Notes: generated from the sequence alone by a model not told the origin. 64,000 nt of DNA from a virus (IMGVR_UViG_3300020577_012961:1-64000); one strand, 5' to 3'; counted from the first letter of the stretch, positions 10,072 to 20,372 are shown. Made by a program: numbers and translations.

Positions 10072-10860
10072 GTGATCGACATCGAGTTCAACGTCGAGAC
10101 CGTCGAGGGGCTCCGGTCCATCCGGATCATCGCCGACAAGCTCGCGGACAAGGACTGGCTGTCGAGCCTCCTCCGGCGCTACGATCGCGAGTGGCTCCGG
10201 CCCCGCATCGACCAGCGCTTTGAATCTCGCATCGGATGGCCGGCCCGCAAGGAGGTCACCGAGAAGCGCATTGCCAAGCAGGCGGTGCTGCGCGAGGCGA
10301 AGAGCGTTTCGGTGCTCCGCCGGAAGCTCGTGCGCGATGTGGCGCGGGCGCGAAAGCGCCTGGGCGCGGTGAACACCGCCGACGGCTTCTTCCGCGAGCG
10401 GGCGCGGCAGGAGAAGCTCGGCCTCGACGGCAAGCGGTCGTACTCCATGTCGGACGTGCTGCGGTCGCGTGCGGCCGCGGTCGCGCGACGTGAGGCCGTG
10501 TTGGCCGAGTTCGAGCGCCTGGCCAACGGCGGCGATCCGAGTCGCCCTCTGACGACGCAGAAGCAGACCGACAAGCTGCGCGAGCGCATGGAGCGGGCCA
10601 AGAAGCTCGATTCCGGCGAGGCCACGCTCGGACGCATCGCCGGCAGCTTCAAGACCGAGATTCGCGACGGCACGCTGGTGGACGCCAGCGAGATCTCCTG
10701 GAGCAACATCCACAACGAGGGAGGGCGCGCTGGCCATGGTGCAGTCGAACCGCCGCGCCCCTTCGCGTTCCTCGAGGACATCGACGTGCGGATGCTCGTC
10801 AACATGATCCGAGAGGACCTCGAGGACGATGGCGGCGTGATCCTGCGCAACGAGGGCTGA
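10072..10860 (+). CDS. Virion morphogenesis protein (Mu gpG-like)
   Basis: IHNEGG...PPRPFAFL motif. Confidence 0.7.
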   Translation: MIDIEFNVETVEGLRSIRIIADKLADKDWLSSLLRRYDREWLRPRIDQRFESRIGWPARKEVTEKRIAKQAVLREAKSVSVLRRKLVRDVARARKRLGAVNTADGFFRERARQEKLGLDGKRSYSMSDVLRSRAAAVARREAVLAEFERLANGGDPSRPLTTQKQTDKLRERMERAKKLDSGEATLGRIAGSFKTEIRDGTLVDASEISWSNIHNEGGRAGHGAVEPPRPFAFLEDIDVRMLVNMIREDLEDDGGVILRNEG

Positions 10861-10861
10861 C

Positions 10862-11776
10862 GTGGCGCTCTACTACCCGACCGCGCTGGCCACGGTGCAG
10901 GACGCCCTCCTCGACCTGGTGGCCCTCGGCTACCGGGTCCGCGATGGCGCCGTCGATGACCGAGACGCGCTGGCGCGCGTCCTCACTCTCGGCGCGGACA
11001 GGAGCAACGCGATCCCGGACCGGTCGCTGCGGTTTGTCGCCGAGACCGGGTGCTGTTGGATCTTCCGGCGCTGGTCGCAAGACGAGCCATCGGAGGTGTG
11101 CGTCGCCGCTGCCGACCGCGGAAGCCGCCCGGGCCGCTGGCTGCGCACGGCTTCTCCGATTCAGACCACCGACGGAAGCAGCATCGCCGCAGTGGACAGC
11201 GGGTACCTGAAGAACGTGGCGCTGTGGACCGGAGAGATCGGCGGCAAAGACTGGGACCAGCGCATCCTCGCCGCCCGCCCGGCCGTGATCCTGAAGTACC
11301 GCGGCGAGGATAAGGATTGGATCACCACGCCGCGCGGAAAGAGCGCGACGAAGCTCCTGCACTTCGAGCTGTGGGCGGTCTCCCTGAACTACCGGCTGGA
11401 GCTCGAGGCCGCGATCGGCCCAGCGCTCTCCGATGAAAAGAAGGAGGATCCGGGCGTCGCCCGCATCATGGGCGACCTCGAGAACCTGCTCGACGGCGTG
11501 GCGGGGACCCAGCTCGACATCCATGCGGGCCGCGACAGCAAGGGACTCCTCGGCTTCGATTGCGGGCTTGTCGGCCCGACGACCCCAGCGGTCGAAGACT
11601 TCGCCGGAAGCGAGTTCATCTGGACAGCGCCATTCGACGTGCGCGTCACCGTGCACCGGCAGGCGCCGACCCAGCCGCCGCTGGATGTGCTGACCGCCCA
11701 AGGCGTCACCGACGCGCTCAAGTACCCGGTGGACACCATCATCCCCGAAGAAGGAGCCCCCGATGCGACAGCCTGA
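10862..11776 (+). CDS. Putative tail terminator/completion protein (gp37-like)
   Basis: Position before sheath; RPAVILKY motif. Confidence 0.5.
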   Translation: MALYYPTALATVQDALLDLVALGYRVRDGAVDDRDALARVLTLGADRSNAIPDRSLRFVAETGCCWIFRRWSQDEPSEVCVAAADRGSRPGRWLRTASPIQTTDGSSIAAVDSGYLKNVALWTGEIGGKDWDQRILAARPAVILKYRGEDKDWITTPRGKSATKLLHFELWAVSLNYRLELEAAIGPALSDEKKEDPGVARIMGDLENLLDGVAGTQLDIHAGRDSKGLLGFDCGLVGPTTPAVEDFAGSEFIWTAPFDVRVTVHRQAPTQPPLDVLTAQGVTDALKYPVDTIIPEEGAPDATA

Positions 11777-12044
11777 ACTCGGCGAGCTGGTGACCATCCG
11801 GCCGGCCGAGCAGTTCAAGACGAAGGGGTCGCTCTCGATGGTGATGCGCGCGCCCGGCGTGCGCCTCTTCAACGATGGCGTCGAGACCCCGTGGACCTCT
11901 TTCCTGATCGAGCGCTATCGGTCGGGCGAGATCGAGATCGTGCCGCCGCCCGCCGCCGAGGAGCCCGGTCCCAGCGCCCCGGAGGCGCTGCCCGCGGATG
12001 CTCCCGCTGCCTCCACCACGCCCGCCCCTGAGGTGCAGCCGTGA
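11763..12044 (+). CDS. Small tail protein (Mu gp38/DUF2635-like)
   Basis: GVETPWTSFLIERYRSGEI resembles gp38 pattern; immediately before sheath. Confidence 0.55.
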   Translation: MRQPELGELVTIRPAEQFKTKGSLSMVMRAPGVRLFNDGVETPWTSFLIERYRSGEIEIVPPPAAEEPGPSAPEALPADAPAASTTPAPEVQP

Positions 12045-13864
12045 CCGTGCCGATCAACCCCGATCTCCCACTGTCGCAGGTCCGGCCGCAGACGGCCGTG
12101 TACCTCGACTTCAAGGCGCCCGGCGGCGGCGACGAGAGCGAGCCGATCAACGTCATCCTGTTCGGCGAGCGGCTGACCTCGGGGCAGTGGGCCCCGAACA
12201 GCGTCAACGCCATCCTGTCGCAGAAGGACGCCGACGACGGTGCCGGCAGCACAAGCCTGCTGGCGCTCATCGCCCGCTCCGCCCTCGGCACGGGCAAGGC
12301 GAGCAACGTGCGCCTGTGGGGCGTGCCGATCGCCGAGGCCGCAGCCGGCACCGCCTCGATCGGCAAGCTCGTCGTCAGCGGGACGGCGACGGCTGCCGGC
12401 GGCGCCAACATCCTTTTCGGCAGCCAGGTCGTCTCGGTCTCGTGGGCGACCGGCGACACCGGGGCCACGGTGGCCACCGCCCTCCTCGCCGCGCTCCAGG
12501 CGCTCGATCGCCAGCCCTTCACGTTCGCGCTCAACACCGCCACCATCACCTACACCGCCACGCAGAAGGGCGCGGTCTTCGAGGACTGGCCGATCCGCGT
12601 CAGCTACACGGTGCAGGGCACCGGCATCTACTTCGGGCCGGGGTCGGTGACCTTCGCCACGAACGCCGTGGGCGCGGGCACGGTCAAGATCATCAACGGC
12701 TCCACCACCGTCAGCGCCACCCTCGCCAACGGCAACACGCCGACCGTCATCGGCGACGCCGTGGTGGCGGCGCTGAACGGCGACGACTTCCCGCTCGACG
12801 CGGGGACCAACGCGGCCGGCGTGGTGCCGCTCTACTTCGCCCACAACCGGATCTGCCGGCGCACGTCGGTGGCCGTGGTGACCTCCACCGGCACCACCGC
12901 CACCCTGACGGGCGGCAGCGCAACCGACGGCACCGGCAGCGCGTCCAGCCTCACCTACAACGGCACGCTGGGAGCGGGATTTCCCTCGTTGGCGACAGCC
13001 CTTACCAACGTCCACAACAAGGGCAGCTTCGGCAAGTGGGTGTGCCCCTGGTCGAACGCGACGCCGCTCGGGAGCCTCTTCTCGCAGGTGGTGACCGATG
13101 CCGGCGGTGGGACGGGTGCGCAGCGCGGGCAGGTAGTGCACGTTGGCAGCGTCGACGGCCTGGCAGCCGCCGGCGCGCTCGCAGCCGGCACTTCGCCGGC
13201 GATGACCACCGACCCGCAGGGCCAGGTCCGCGGCGCGGTGGCCTGGTGCCCGGATGCCGGCGTGCCCGCCTGGGATCTGGCCGTCCGCACCGCGGTGATG
13301 CGCGCGTCGGTCTCGAGCCCCTTCCACGTCTACAACGGCGAGAAGGTGCCGTACAACGCCGACGTCCCGGTCTACACGCCGGACGCGGCCGTGTGGCCGT
13401 CCGACCTGACCATCAACAGCGCGCTCCGCGACTACGGCCTCACCCCGCTGGTGGTGAAGGGTGGCGTGCTGGTGGTCGAGCAGGGGCGCACCACCTCGCT
13501 GTCGAGCGACCGTCGGCTGTGGGACTGGTCCTACGTCGACCAGCGCGACAGCCACCGCCGCGACGTGCGCACCGAGGGGCCGAGCCGGTTCAAGGACTGC
13601 GCCCTCGTGGCCAGCCTCGACGCCGTCAACACCGAGAACGACATCACCACCGACGTCGTCAAAGCTTGGCTCCGCGGCAAGCTCTTCCAGTGGCAGCTCG
13701 AGGGCACCTACGACGGCGCCACGGCGCTGGCCCCGCTGGTGGACGCACAGATCAACGCCGGCCAGGCCAGCCGCTGCGACGCCGTCTACCCCGACAGCCC
13801 GAAGATCCCCTTCCACATCCTGAGCCTGATCAGCCAGCAGGCCAGCCCGCCGATCGGAGGCTGA
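12041..13864 (+). CDS. Tail sheath protein (Mu gpL-like)
   Basis: 607 aa; P...YLDF N-terminus, GSTSLLA, INSALRDYGLTPL, GRTT motifs. Confidence 0.87.
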   Translation: MTVPINPDLPLSQVRPQTAVYLDFKAPGGGDESEPINVILFGERLTSGQWAPNSVNAILSQKDADDGAGSTSLLALIARSALGTGKASNVRLWGVPIAEAAAGTASIGKLVVSGTATAAGGANILFGSQVVSVSWATGDTGATVATALLAALQALDRQPFTFALNTATITYTATQKGAVFEDWPIRVSYTVQGTGIYFGPGSVTFATNAVGAGTVKIINGSTTVSATLANGNTPTVIGDAVVAALNGDDFPLDAGTNAAGVVPLYFAHNRICRRTSVAVVTSTGTTATLTGGSATDGTGSASSLTYNGTLGAGFPSLATALTNVHNKGSFGKWVCPWSNATPLGSLFSQVVTDAGGGTGAQRGQVVHVGSVDGLAAAGALAAGTSPAMTTDPQGQVRGAVAWCPDAGVPAWDLAVRTAVMRASVSSPFHVYNGEKVPYNADVPVYTPDAAVWPSDLTINSALRDYGLTPLVVKGGVLVVEQGRTTSLSSDRRLWDWSYVDQRDSHRRDVRTEGPSRFKDCALVASLDAVNTENDITTDVVKAWLRGKLFQWQLEGTYDGATALAPLVDAQINAGQASRCDAVYPDSPKIPFHILSLISQQASPPIGG

Positions 13865-13867
13865 TCC

Positions 13868-14248
13868 ATGTTCACGGTTCCCGGCCAGCTCCCGGTCTCG
13901 ATCAACGACCGCTACGCGACGACGATCAAGGGCTTCACCGTCAAGCAGAACCGAAGCTCGACGGTGCACTCGGGCTTCACCGGCAACTTCGCCAAGAGCG
14001 AGGGCATCTACCAGTACAGCTTCGACTTCGAGATGCCGCCGCTGAAGAACGACGACGGCACCGGCGGGTGGCAGTTCACCGCCAACGTCCTCAAGGGCCC
14101 CTTCACCCTGTCGTTCTACATCGGCAGCCAGGAGTACCGCCTGACCGGCTGCGGCGTGAACGACAAGAGCCTCCAGGTGGCCCAGGCCGCCGGCTCGACG
14201 TCGTCGCCGATGAGCGGCAACGCGCTGCGCTGCACGCCCGAGCTCTAG
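13868..14248 (+). CDS. Tail tube protein
   Basis: 126 aa beta-rich protein directly after sheath. Confidence 0.72.
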   Translation: MFTVPGQLPVSINDRYATTIKGFTVKQNRSSTVHSGFTGNFAKSEGIYQYSFDFEMPPLKNDDGTGGWQFTANVLKGPFTLSFYIGSQEYRLTGCGVNDKSLQVAQAAGSTSSPMSGNALRCTPEL

Positions 14249-14318
14249 TTCGCCTTCTCGCGCCGGCAATGCCGTCGGCGCGCCGCGGTTCCACCCTCGC
14301 ACCCCGACGAGGAGACCC

Positions 14319-14849
14319 ATGGACGCCGAAGCCTTTCTCGCCAGCGCCGGCCAGTCGGTCGTCGCGCCCCACCGCGTCATCGTCCGCCTGTTCAGCAAGG
14401 ACAAGGGCGGGCCCCTCCAGGAATGCCCCGCCGTCCTCCAATTCGTCCCCGACTCCGATCGCCTCCGCGCCATCGACGCCGCCGCCGACATCCTGGCGAG
14501 GGTGCCGGGCGGAGCCACGCCCGATCGGCGGGCCGTCGAGGAAGCGCACCACGTGCTCACCTACGCACTGCGGGATGCGGACCAGCCGGCACGGGTCTTC
14601 TTCAAGAGCGTCGAGCAGTGCAAGCAGTTCCTCGTCGAGGACGAGGCGCTGCGCCTGTGGAACGAGTACGAGCGCTTCAAGGTGACGCATTACCCGGGCT
14701 CCATCTCCGTCGACGAGGTCAAGGCGATCAAGGAGGCGGCCCAGACGCTTTTTTTGGACGGCCTGATCTCGCGCTTCGGCTACTGGCCGATCCTGAGGGC
14801 ACTGCCTTCTTTGGCGGTGATCTATGGCGCGCCTCTCCGCGCGCCGTAA
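14319..14849 (+). CDS. Tail assembly chaperone
   Basis: Between tube and tape measure; GAGGAG RBS; contains T-TTT-TTG slippery heptamer. Confidence 0.72.
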   Translation: MDAEAFLASAGQSVVAPHRVIVRLFSKDKGGPLQECPAVLQFVPDSDRLRAIDAAADILARVPGGATPDRRAVEEAHHVLTYALRDADQPARVFFKSVEQCKQFLVEDEALRLWNEYERFKVTHYPGSISVDEVKAIKEAAQTLFLDGLISRFGYWPILRALPSLAVIYGAPLRAP

Positions 14850-14983
14850 TCACCTACGCCTACTTCGTCGAGGTGGCGCGAAGCATCCAGCTGCTCGACC
14901 TCAAGCGCGCCGAGGACCGTCAGTACGAGGTCATGAAGGGCGCGGTCACCAACGGCCTGCACCTCTTCTTCTTCGGGAAGTGA
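14750..14983 (+). CDS. Predicted -1 frameshift extension of tail assembly chaperone
   Basis: TTTTTTG at 14750-14756; -1 frame open to 14983 with strongly biased codons and no obvious own RBS/start. Confidence 0.6.
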   Translation, partial: FFGRPDLALRLLADPEGTAFFGGDLWRASPRAVITYAYFVEVARSIQLLDLKRAEDRQYEVMKGAVTNGLHLFFFGK

Positions 14984-14987
14984 CCCC

Positions 14988-15728
14988 ATGGGCGCGAAGT
15001 TCATCATCTACGCGCTCACCGATCCCGACGGCGCTGTCCGGTACATCGGCAAGTCCTGCAGCGGCCTCGCGCGGCCCCGCCGCCACGGCCACCCGAGCGA
15101 GCTGGCGAAGGACGTCGGCTACAAGGGCAACTGGATCCGGTCGCTCCGCGAGCAAGGACAGGACTTCGGCATTCGCGTGCTGGAGGAAGTGAGCGACGAA
15201 GCGCAGCTGTCAGCGCGCGAGATTGCATGGATTGCTGAAGGGCGCGCGCAGGGCTGGAGGCTGACCAATCTGACCGACGGCGGGGATGGACTGCGGGGCG
15301 TAAAGCGCGGGCCGTTTTCTGAGGAATGGAAGCGCAAGCTCAGCGAGGCGCACAGGGGCAAGACGCACTCGGCAGAGACGCGGGCGAAGATGAGCGCGGC
15401 GCACACCGGAAAGCCGAAGGCGCCGGAGGCGGCAAAGAAGAGCGGAGAGGCGCGGCGGGGGCGTCGCCTGTCCGACGAAATGAAGGAGCGCATCCGGAAC
15501 ACATTGAAGGGCCGAAAGCCGCCGCCGCAATCGTGGATGAACTCCGTGGCGGTGACGAAGGGCCGGCCGCTTTCTCAGGAGCACCGCGAAAAGATCCGCG
15601 CAGCCTTGAAGGGCCGCGTCATCCCTGACGAAGCGCGCGCCCGAAGCGCCGCGGCCCGTCGAGGCCTTCCGTGGTCTGCGCAGCGTCGGGCGGCATTCGA
15701 AGCGAGGAGGGTGGCACGTGGCTCTTGA
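14988..15728 (+). CDS. Free-standing GIY-YIG homing endonuclease with NUMOD3 repeats
   Basis: IIYAL...RYIGKS, conserved Arg/Glu/Asn, repeated HSAETRAKMS-type motifs. Confidence 0.87.
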   Translation: MGAKFIIYALTDPDGAVRYIGKSCSGLARPRRHGHPSELAKDVGYKGNWIRSLREQGQDFGIRVLEEVSDEAQLSAREIAWIAEGRAQGWRLTNLTDGGDGLRGVKRGPFSEEWKRKLSEAHRGKTHSAETRAKMSAAHTGKPKAPEAAKKSGEARRGRRLSDEMKERIRNTLKGRKPPPQSWMNSVAVTKGRPLSQEHREKIRAALKGRVIPDEARARSAAARRGLPWSAQRRAAFEARRVARGS

Positions 15729-17469
15729 AGGTGCCGCCAAAGTTGAGATCGATGTTCTTGGCGCCGATCGCGCCGCCGCCGCGGCCCGCTCTGCGCTGTC
15801 ACCCTGGGGCGAGTACGCCGACAAGGCCAAGGAGAAGTTCAGGGGGTTCCGGCAGGAGGTGGGCGGCGCGATCGGCAGCGTGGTCTCCGACCTCGGGCGG
15901 GTCATCACGGTTGGCAGCACGATCTCGTTCGCCGGCGCGGTGCAGAGCGTCCAGAGCTTCGAGAAGGCTACCGCGCAGCTCGCCGTCGCCACCCGCCAGC
16001 CCCTCGAGCAGATCCGTACCCAGTTCGAGGACATCGGCCAGAAGATGGGCATGAAGCCCGAGGCGGTGGCGAGCTACGTCACCGGCGTCGGGCGCATCAC
16101 CTACAACTTCAACGAGGCCCAGCGCAACCTCGGCGCCTTCAAGAACGCTGCGGCCGACTGGAACCGCCCCCTCGAGGGGATGGCCGGCCTGCAGGTGGCC
16201 ATCAACAAGCTCGGCTTCAAGGACGCCGAGAAGGCGCTGGCGCAGATCCGCGCGAATGCCGAGTCGCTGAAGACCGTGGGCGGGCCCGCGGCGCTCGCCG
16301 ACCAGGTGGAGCGCCTGTCAGGCGTGTGGGACCGCGTGAAGGGCGGCGGCGGCAGCGGTTCGATCGCGTTGACCGGCCTCATTGGCAACGGCTTGAACCC
16401 GCAGCAGCAGCAGCGAGCGCAGCAGCAGATCCTGGGCGACTTCACCAGCGACACCATCGGCTGGGAGCGGTTCCTGCGGCGCACCGGGCAGCTGGGCCGG
16501 AACGAGCGCGTCACCGACGATTCGGGCCAGATCAAGAACCTGCCCGAGTACATCGCCAAGATCCAGCGCGGGTACATGAAGGTCTCCGGCGGCAACAAGG
16601 ACCAGATGGCCTGGCTCGCCGGGCTGCACTTCGGTGACACCATCACGGGCTCCGCCTTCGCCAACATGGACCCCGAGAAGCTGGCGCGGCTCGCGAAGGA
16701 GCAAAGCGCCTCCGACGCCCAGGCGCGCCTCAACGCGACCGATGCCGGGCGGCGCGACGTGAACGCGGTGAAGCGCGCAGGCAAGGAACGGGGCCTCTTC
16801 GGCTCCGACACCTTCCTGGGCGGGCTTGCCAAGATGTACGACGAGTTCTCGGCGGAGAACCCAATCGCTGGCAAGGGCGTGGAGCTGGGCATCGCGGGCG
16901 CCGCCGGCTGGCTGGGCAAAGCCATGATGGGCCGGAAGGCAGTGGCCGCGGCGGAAGGTGCGGCGGCAGCCAGCAAGCTAGCTCCCGCGGCGCGCGCGCT
17001 CCGCGTAGGCGGCCGCTTCGGCCTTGCCCGCAGCCTCGGCTTCGGCGAACTGCTCGCCGAAGGCCTTGGGCTGACCCTGGGCAACGCAACGGCCCCCATC
17101 AACCAGAAGGCCCGTCAAATCGAGGGCGAGACGGCCGGAGCGCTACAGACGATGCGCGAGGGCCGCGTGGCCGCGATCGTGCGCGCGGCCGAGCGCTCCG
17201 GCGGCACCAGCGAAGGCTACATGCGCGAGCTCGGCAAGCCGCTGCTCGCACAGATCGCCCACGACCCGCAGCTTCAAACGGTGGCGGCTGGCATGGCCAA
17301 CGGATCGGTCGACCTGTCCCGGCTGGCGCCCGGGCTCGCTGAGGCCTTCACCTCCGCGCTGTCGAAGTCGCCGCTCAAGGTGCACGTCGAGATCATCGAC
17401 AGCACCAGCGCCGGCGTCGACGCTGCGCAATCCGACTTCAACGCCAGCGGAACGAGCGGCAACCAATGA
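15718..17469 (+). CDS. Tape measure protein
   Basis: 583 aa Ala/Gly-rich helical protein in canonical position. Confidence 0.78.
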   Translation: MALEGAAKVEIDVLGADRAAAAARSALSPWGEYADKAKEKFRGFRQEVGGAIGSVVSDLGRVITVGSTISFAGAVQSVQSFEKATAQLAVATRQPLEQIRTQFEDIGQKMGMKPEAVASYVTGVGRITYNFNEAQRNLGAFKNAAADWNRPLEGMAGLQVAINKLGFKDAEKALAQIRANAESLKTVGGPAALADQVERLSGVWDRVKGGGGSGSIALTGLIGNGLNPQQQQRAQQQILGDFTSDTIGWERFLRRTGQLGRNERVTDDSGQIKNLPEYIAKIQRGYMKVSGGNKDQMAWLAGLHFGDTITGSAFANMDPEKLARLAKEQSASDAQARLNATDAGRRDVNAVKRAGKERGLFGSDTFLGGLAKMYDEFSAENPIAGKGVELGIAGAAGWLGKAMMGRKAVAAAEGAAAASKLAPAARALRVGGRFGLARSLGFGELLAEGLGLTLGNATAPINQKARQIEGETAGALQTMREGRVAAIVRAAERSGGTSEGYMRELGKPLLAQIAHDPQLQTVAAGMANGSVDLSRLAPGLAEAFTSALSKSPLKVHVEIIDSTSAGVDAAQSDFNASGTSGNQ

Positions 17470-18386
17470 ACGAGAACCAGCCCTCCACGCTGCCGGCGAA
17501 GACGTACCGCCTGGAGTTCGGCGGGATGGAGCTCCATGCGCTCGCTCGCGAGCTGATCGATAGCCGCCAGCAACGCGTGGCTGTTCACGAGTTCGACCGT
17601 CGCCCGGGCGGGCAGACCGAACCCATGGGACGCGGCCCGCACTCGACACGCGCGACCCTGGTCTGGATCGGTGACCAGGGCTTTCAGGATGCGCTCCGCT
17701 TCGGGGCGATGCTAGACGACAACCCGACCCGGCTCCTCGTCCATCCCCTCTACGGGCGGATGCAGGCGACGTGCAAGGGGTTCGACGGCGCCAACCTGCG
17801 CGCGTCCGAGCCAAACACCTACTACACGCCGGTCGAGTTCCTCGAGTCGAACCTTGACGCGAGCCTCGTGACGCAGGCCGCGCAGGGGGTGCCCGCCAAG
17901 GCGGGAGCCATCCGCGAGGGCGTCGAGACCTTCACGTCGTTCGCGGCTACTTGGTCCATCACGATCACCGCGGGCGTGCAGCTTTTCCTCGAGGCGGCGG
18001 CGAACTTCGCAACCCTCGCTCTCGACGCGGTGGACGACGGCACCCTGGACCCGGGGCTCGGCAGCGAGCTGGCCACCTTGCTCACCATGACCGGCACTGC
18101 GCAGGCCGAGCTGCGCTCGGTGAACACCCCGGAGGCGGCGCAGGCGGCCGACCAGTGCGAGGTGATCGCGGCCAACGCGCGCGAGCTCGGGGATGCGCTC
18201 CAGGCCACCAAGCCGGCGCCGACGGTCTACGTCGTGCCGAGCGACCTGCCCCCCATCGCGGTGGCCAACCTGCTCTACGGCGCCGCGGCGGCGCAGCACC
18301 TCGACGCGCTCTTCATCAACAACCCGTCGATCGTCGGCCTGGACCCGGTTCCGGCCGGCACGCGCCTGTTCGTTGAGGCAGCCTGA
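17466..18386 (+). CDS. Mu gpN-like DNA circularisation/tail protein with LysM-like C-terminus
   Basis: RVAVHEF..R.G...EPMGRG and LVHPLYG motifs; C-terminal NPSI....VPAGTRL. Confidence 0.8.
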   Translation: MNENQPSTLPAKTYRLEFGGMELHALARELIDSRQQRVAVHEFDRRPGGQTEPMGRGPHSTRATLVWIGDQGFQDALRFGAMLDDNPTRLLVHPLYGRMQATCKGFDGANLRASEPNTYYTPVEFLESNLDASLVTQAAQGVPAKAGAIREGVETFTSFAATWSITITAGVQLFLEAAANFATLALDAVDDGTLDPGLGSELATLLTMTGTAQAELRSVNTPEAAQAADQCEVIAANARELGDALQATKPAPTVYVVPSDLPPIAVANLLYGAAAAQHLDALFINNPSIVGLDPVPAGTRLFVEAA

Positions 18387-19681
18387 TGGCCGTCACGTCG
18401 CTGCGCCCGGTAGGCTTTCTGGATGGGGACCGCGAGGTCGCCAGCCCCCGGAAGCAGTCGACTGGCGACCCGATCTTCGTCATTGAGATCGGGGGAGTCC
18501 AGTACGAGTGCCGGGAGCACAGCTACACCGCCAACGTGCTGAAGCTCGCGGACACGGCCACGGTCACGATCCCCTGCCCGGACGGATACGCGCTGTCCAA
18601 GGCGGGACCGGTCTCGATCTCCAAGGTGGCCCCCCGCGGCGCCCTCTGCATGCTGTACATGAGCGATCCGGCGGTGAGCGGCGGCGCGCTCATGCCTCGG
18701 ATTCGAGGGCGCGTGGTGCGGCGGAGCGCGTCCGGTGGCGGAGACGGTACCGTGCTCACCCTGTCCGTTGCCGACCTTGGCTGGCACCTGACCTCCTGCG
18801 GTCGCGTCTTCAAGAACATCTGGGGAGCGCAGTGGGAGACGATGATCCGGAGCCAGATCCTCGACGCCTCCCTGAAGTGGGGCTTCGTGGACGTGCGCGG
18901 CACAAATCTGCTGAGCAAGCGCATCAAGCTGGGCCGCGCAGCCGTCGAGGCCGCCATCCAGCAGAAGTACGACCCAAAGAAGATCGTTCGGCTACAGATC
19001 GAGGTCGGCCAGACCCTCGACACGCTCTTCATCGAGTGGGCGCGCTACGGCAAGCTGCTGCTCAACGTCTCCACCGACGGCTACCTGCAGTTCTTCAAGC
19101 CGGCGAGTGGAATGGGGACGACGCCGTACACCGAGAAGCCCCTCTACACCTTCATCCGCCGCCGGGCGCCCAACAACCAGCACAACAACATCAAGACGGC
19201 GTCCCTCGACGAGAGCGCGGAAACGTACACGCACGTCGAGTGCTGGTCTTCGGTGGTGGACCTCCAGGCCGCCAAGGACATCCAGGACAAGCTGAAGGCG
19301 GACCCGAACGCGGCGCGCTACCACGGCGAGTACAACCCGCCGGCGAGCAAGCGCCCGTTCGACTTCTTCCGCAGCTACACCTTCACCGACCCCAACCAGA
19401 TCGGCCACGACGCCGTCACCCAGCGGGCCGAGTGGCAGTGGCAGCGGTTCGAGTTTGATGCCTGGACCTACACCGTCGAGGTCTACGGCCACAGCCAGAA
19501 CGGCTTCCCGTTCGTCGATGACACCATGTGCGAGGTGCACGACGAGATCCTCGGCGTCGACGGGCTCTTCTACGTGGTCGGAGTCGACTGCAAGCGGAAG
19601 CTGGCCAAGGCCGGCTTCGACCGCGGCGCTGGCACGACCGCCCGGCTCACCATCAAGAAGCCGAACCTGCTGGCCGCGTAG
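18386..19681 (+). CDS. Baseplate hub (Mu gp44/P-like)
   Basis: Position; IEVGQT, C-terminal VHDEILGVDGLFYV..GTTARLTI. Confidence 0.75.
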   Translation: MAVTSLRPVGFLDGDREVASPRKQSTGDPIFVIEIGGVQYECREHSYTANVLKLADTATVTIPCPDGYALSKAGPVSISKVAPRGALCMLYMSDPAVSGGALMPRIRGRVVRRSASGGGDGTVLTLSVADLGWHLTSCGRVFKNIWGAQWETMIRSQILDASLKWGFVDVRGTNLLSKRIKLGRAAVEAAIQQKYDPKKIVRLQIEVGQTLDTLFIEWARYGKLLLNVSTDGYLQFFKPASGMGTTPYTEKPLYTFIRRRAPNNQHNNIKTASLDESAETYTHVECWSSVVDLQAAKDIQDKLKADPNAARYHGEYNPPASKRPFDFFRSYTFTDPNQIGHDAVTQRAEWQWQRFEFDAWTYTVEVYGHSQNGFPFVDDTMCEVHDEILGVDGLFYVVGVDCKRKLAKAGFDRGAGTTARLTIKKPNLLAA

Positions 19682-19690
19682 GGGGCGACG

Positions 19691-20371
19691 ATGCCGATCG
19701 ACTGGGGCTCTCGCATCGCCGCTGCGGAGGCCAGAGCGAAGGACTGGGCGCGGCAGATCGTCGCCAACCTGGTGCAGGTCTCGCCGCTGTCCTCGAGCGA
19801 CAGCAAGCGCGGCGGCTTCCGGGTGGAGGGCCGACCCAGCTCGAGCAGCTTCAGCCAGGCCGCGCGCCTGATGCAGCACGCCGGCTTCCAGTCGCGAGCC
19901 TTGGCCGCCACGCAGTTCGTCAAGCTCCTCGTCGAGGGAGGCGCGGCGAAGGCGCTGCTCGTGGCCGAGGACGACGGCGTCGACCTGGGACTGGCGGAGG
20001 GCGAGGCTGCACTCTATTCACCGGCGAAGCCCGCCGCCAAGGTGGTGGCCACCGCGGGCGGAGGACTCCAGCTCAAGACCGACGGCACCGCGGACGCGGT
20101 CTTCCAGGACGGCGACAAGAAGGTCGCCACCGACCTGACGCCCACCGACAACGGGACGATCGCCATGACCGCGGTGGCGGTGCCGGGGCCGCCTCCAGTG
20201 ACCACGGTGACCTTCACGTGGGCGCCGCCGAGCGGAACGCCGCAGATCATCGGCACGCTGCAGTTTACCTCCGGGCTCCTCACCTCAGCGACGCCTGCCC
20301 TGAGCGGGATCGGCATGACTGGCAAGGTGAAAGGCGGCTCGCCGCACCTCCTCGCACCGCAGGGGACTTGA
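19691..20371 (+). CDS. Baseplate spike (Mu gp45/V-like)
   Basis: QHAGFQSR, LAEGEAALYS motifs. Confidence 0.75.
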   Translation: MPIDWGSRIAAAEARAKDWARQIVANLVQVSPLSSSDSKRGGFRVEGRPSSSSFSQAARLMQHAGFQSRALAATQFVKLLVEGGAAKALLVAEDDGVDLGLAEGEAALYSPAKPAAKVVATAGGGLQLKTDGTADAVFQDGDKKVATDLTPTDNGTIAMTAVAVPGPPPVTTVTFTWAPPSGTPQIIGTLQFTSGLLTSATPALSGIGMTGKVKGGSPHLLAPQGT

Positions 20372-20372
20372 G

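Noticed and set aside
38-14685. Long alternative ORFs (38..2278 -, 4528..6954 -, 11915..14560 -, 11998..14685 +)
   Set aside because: Antisense or frame-shifted shadows of well-supported genes, expected in high-GC DNA; Arg/Gly/Pro-rich with no motifs
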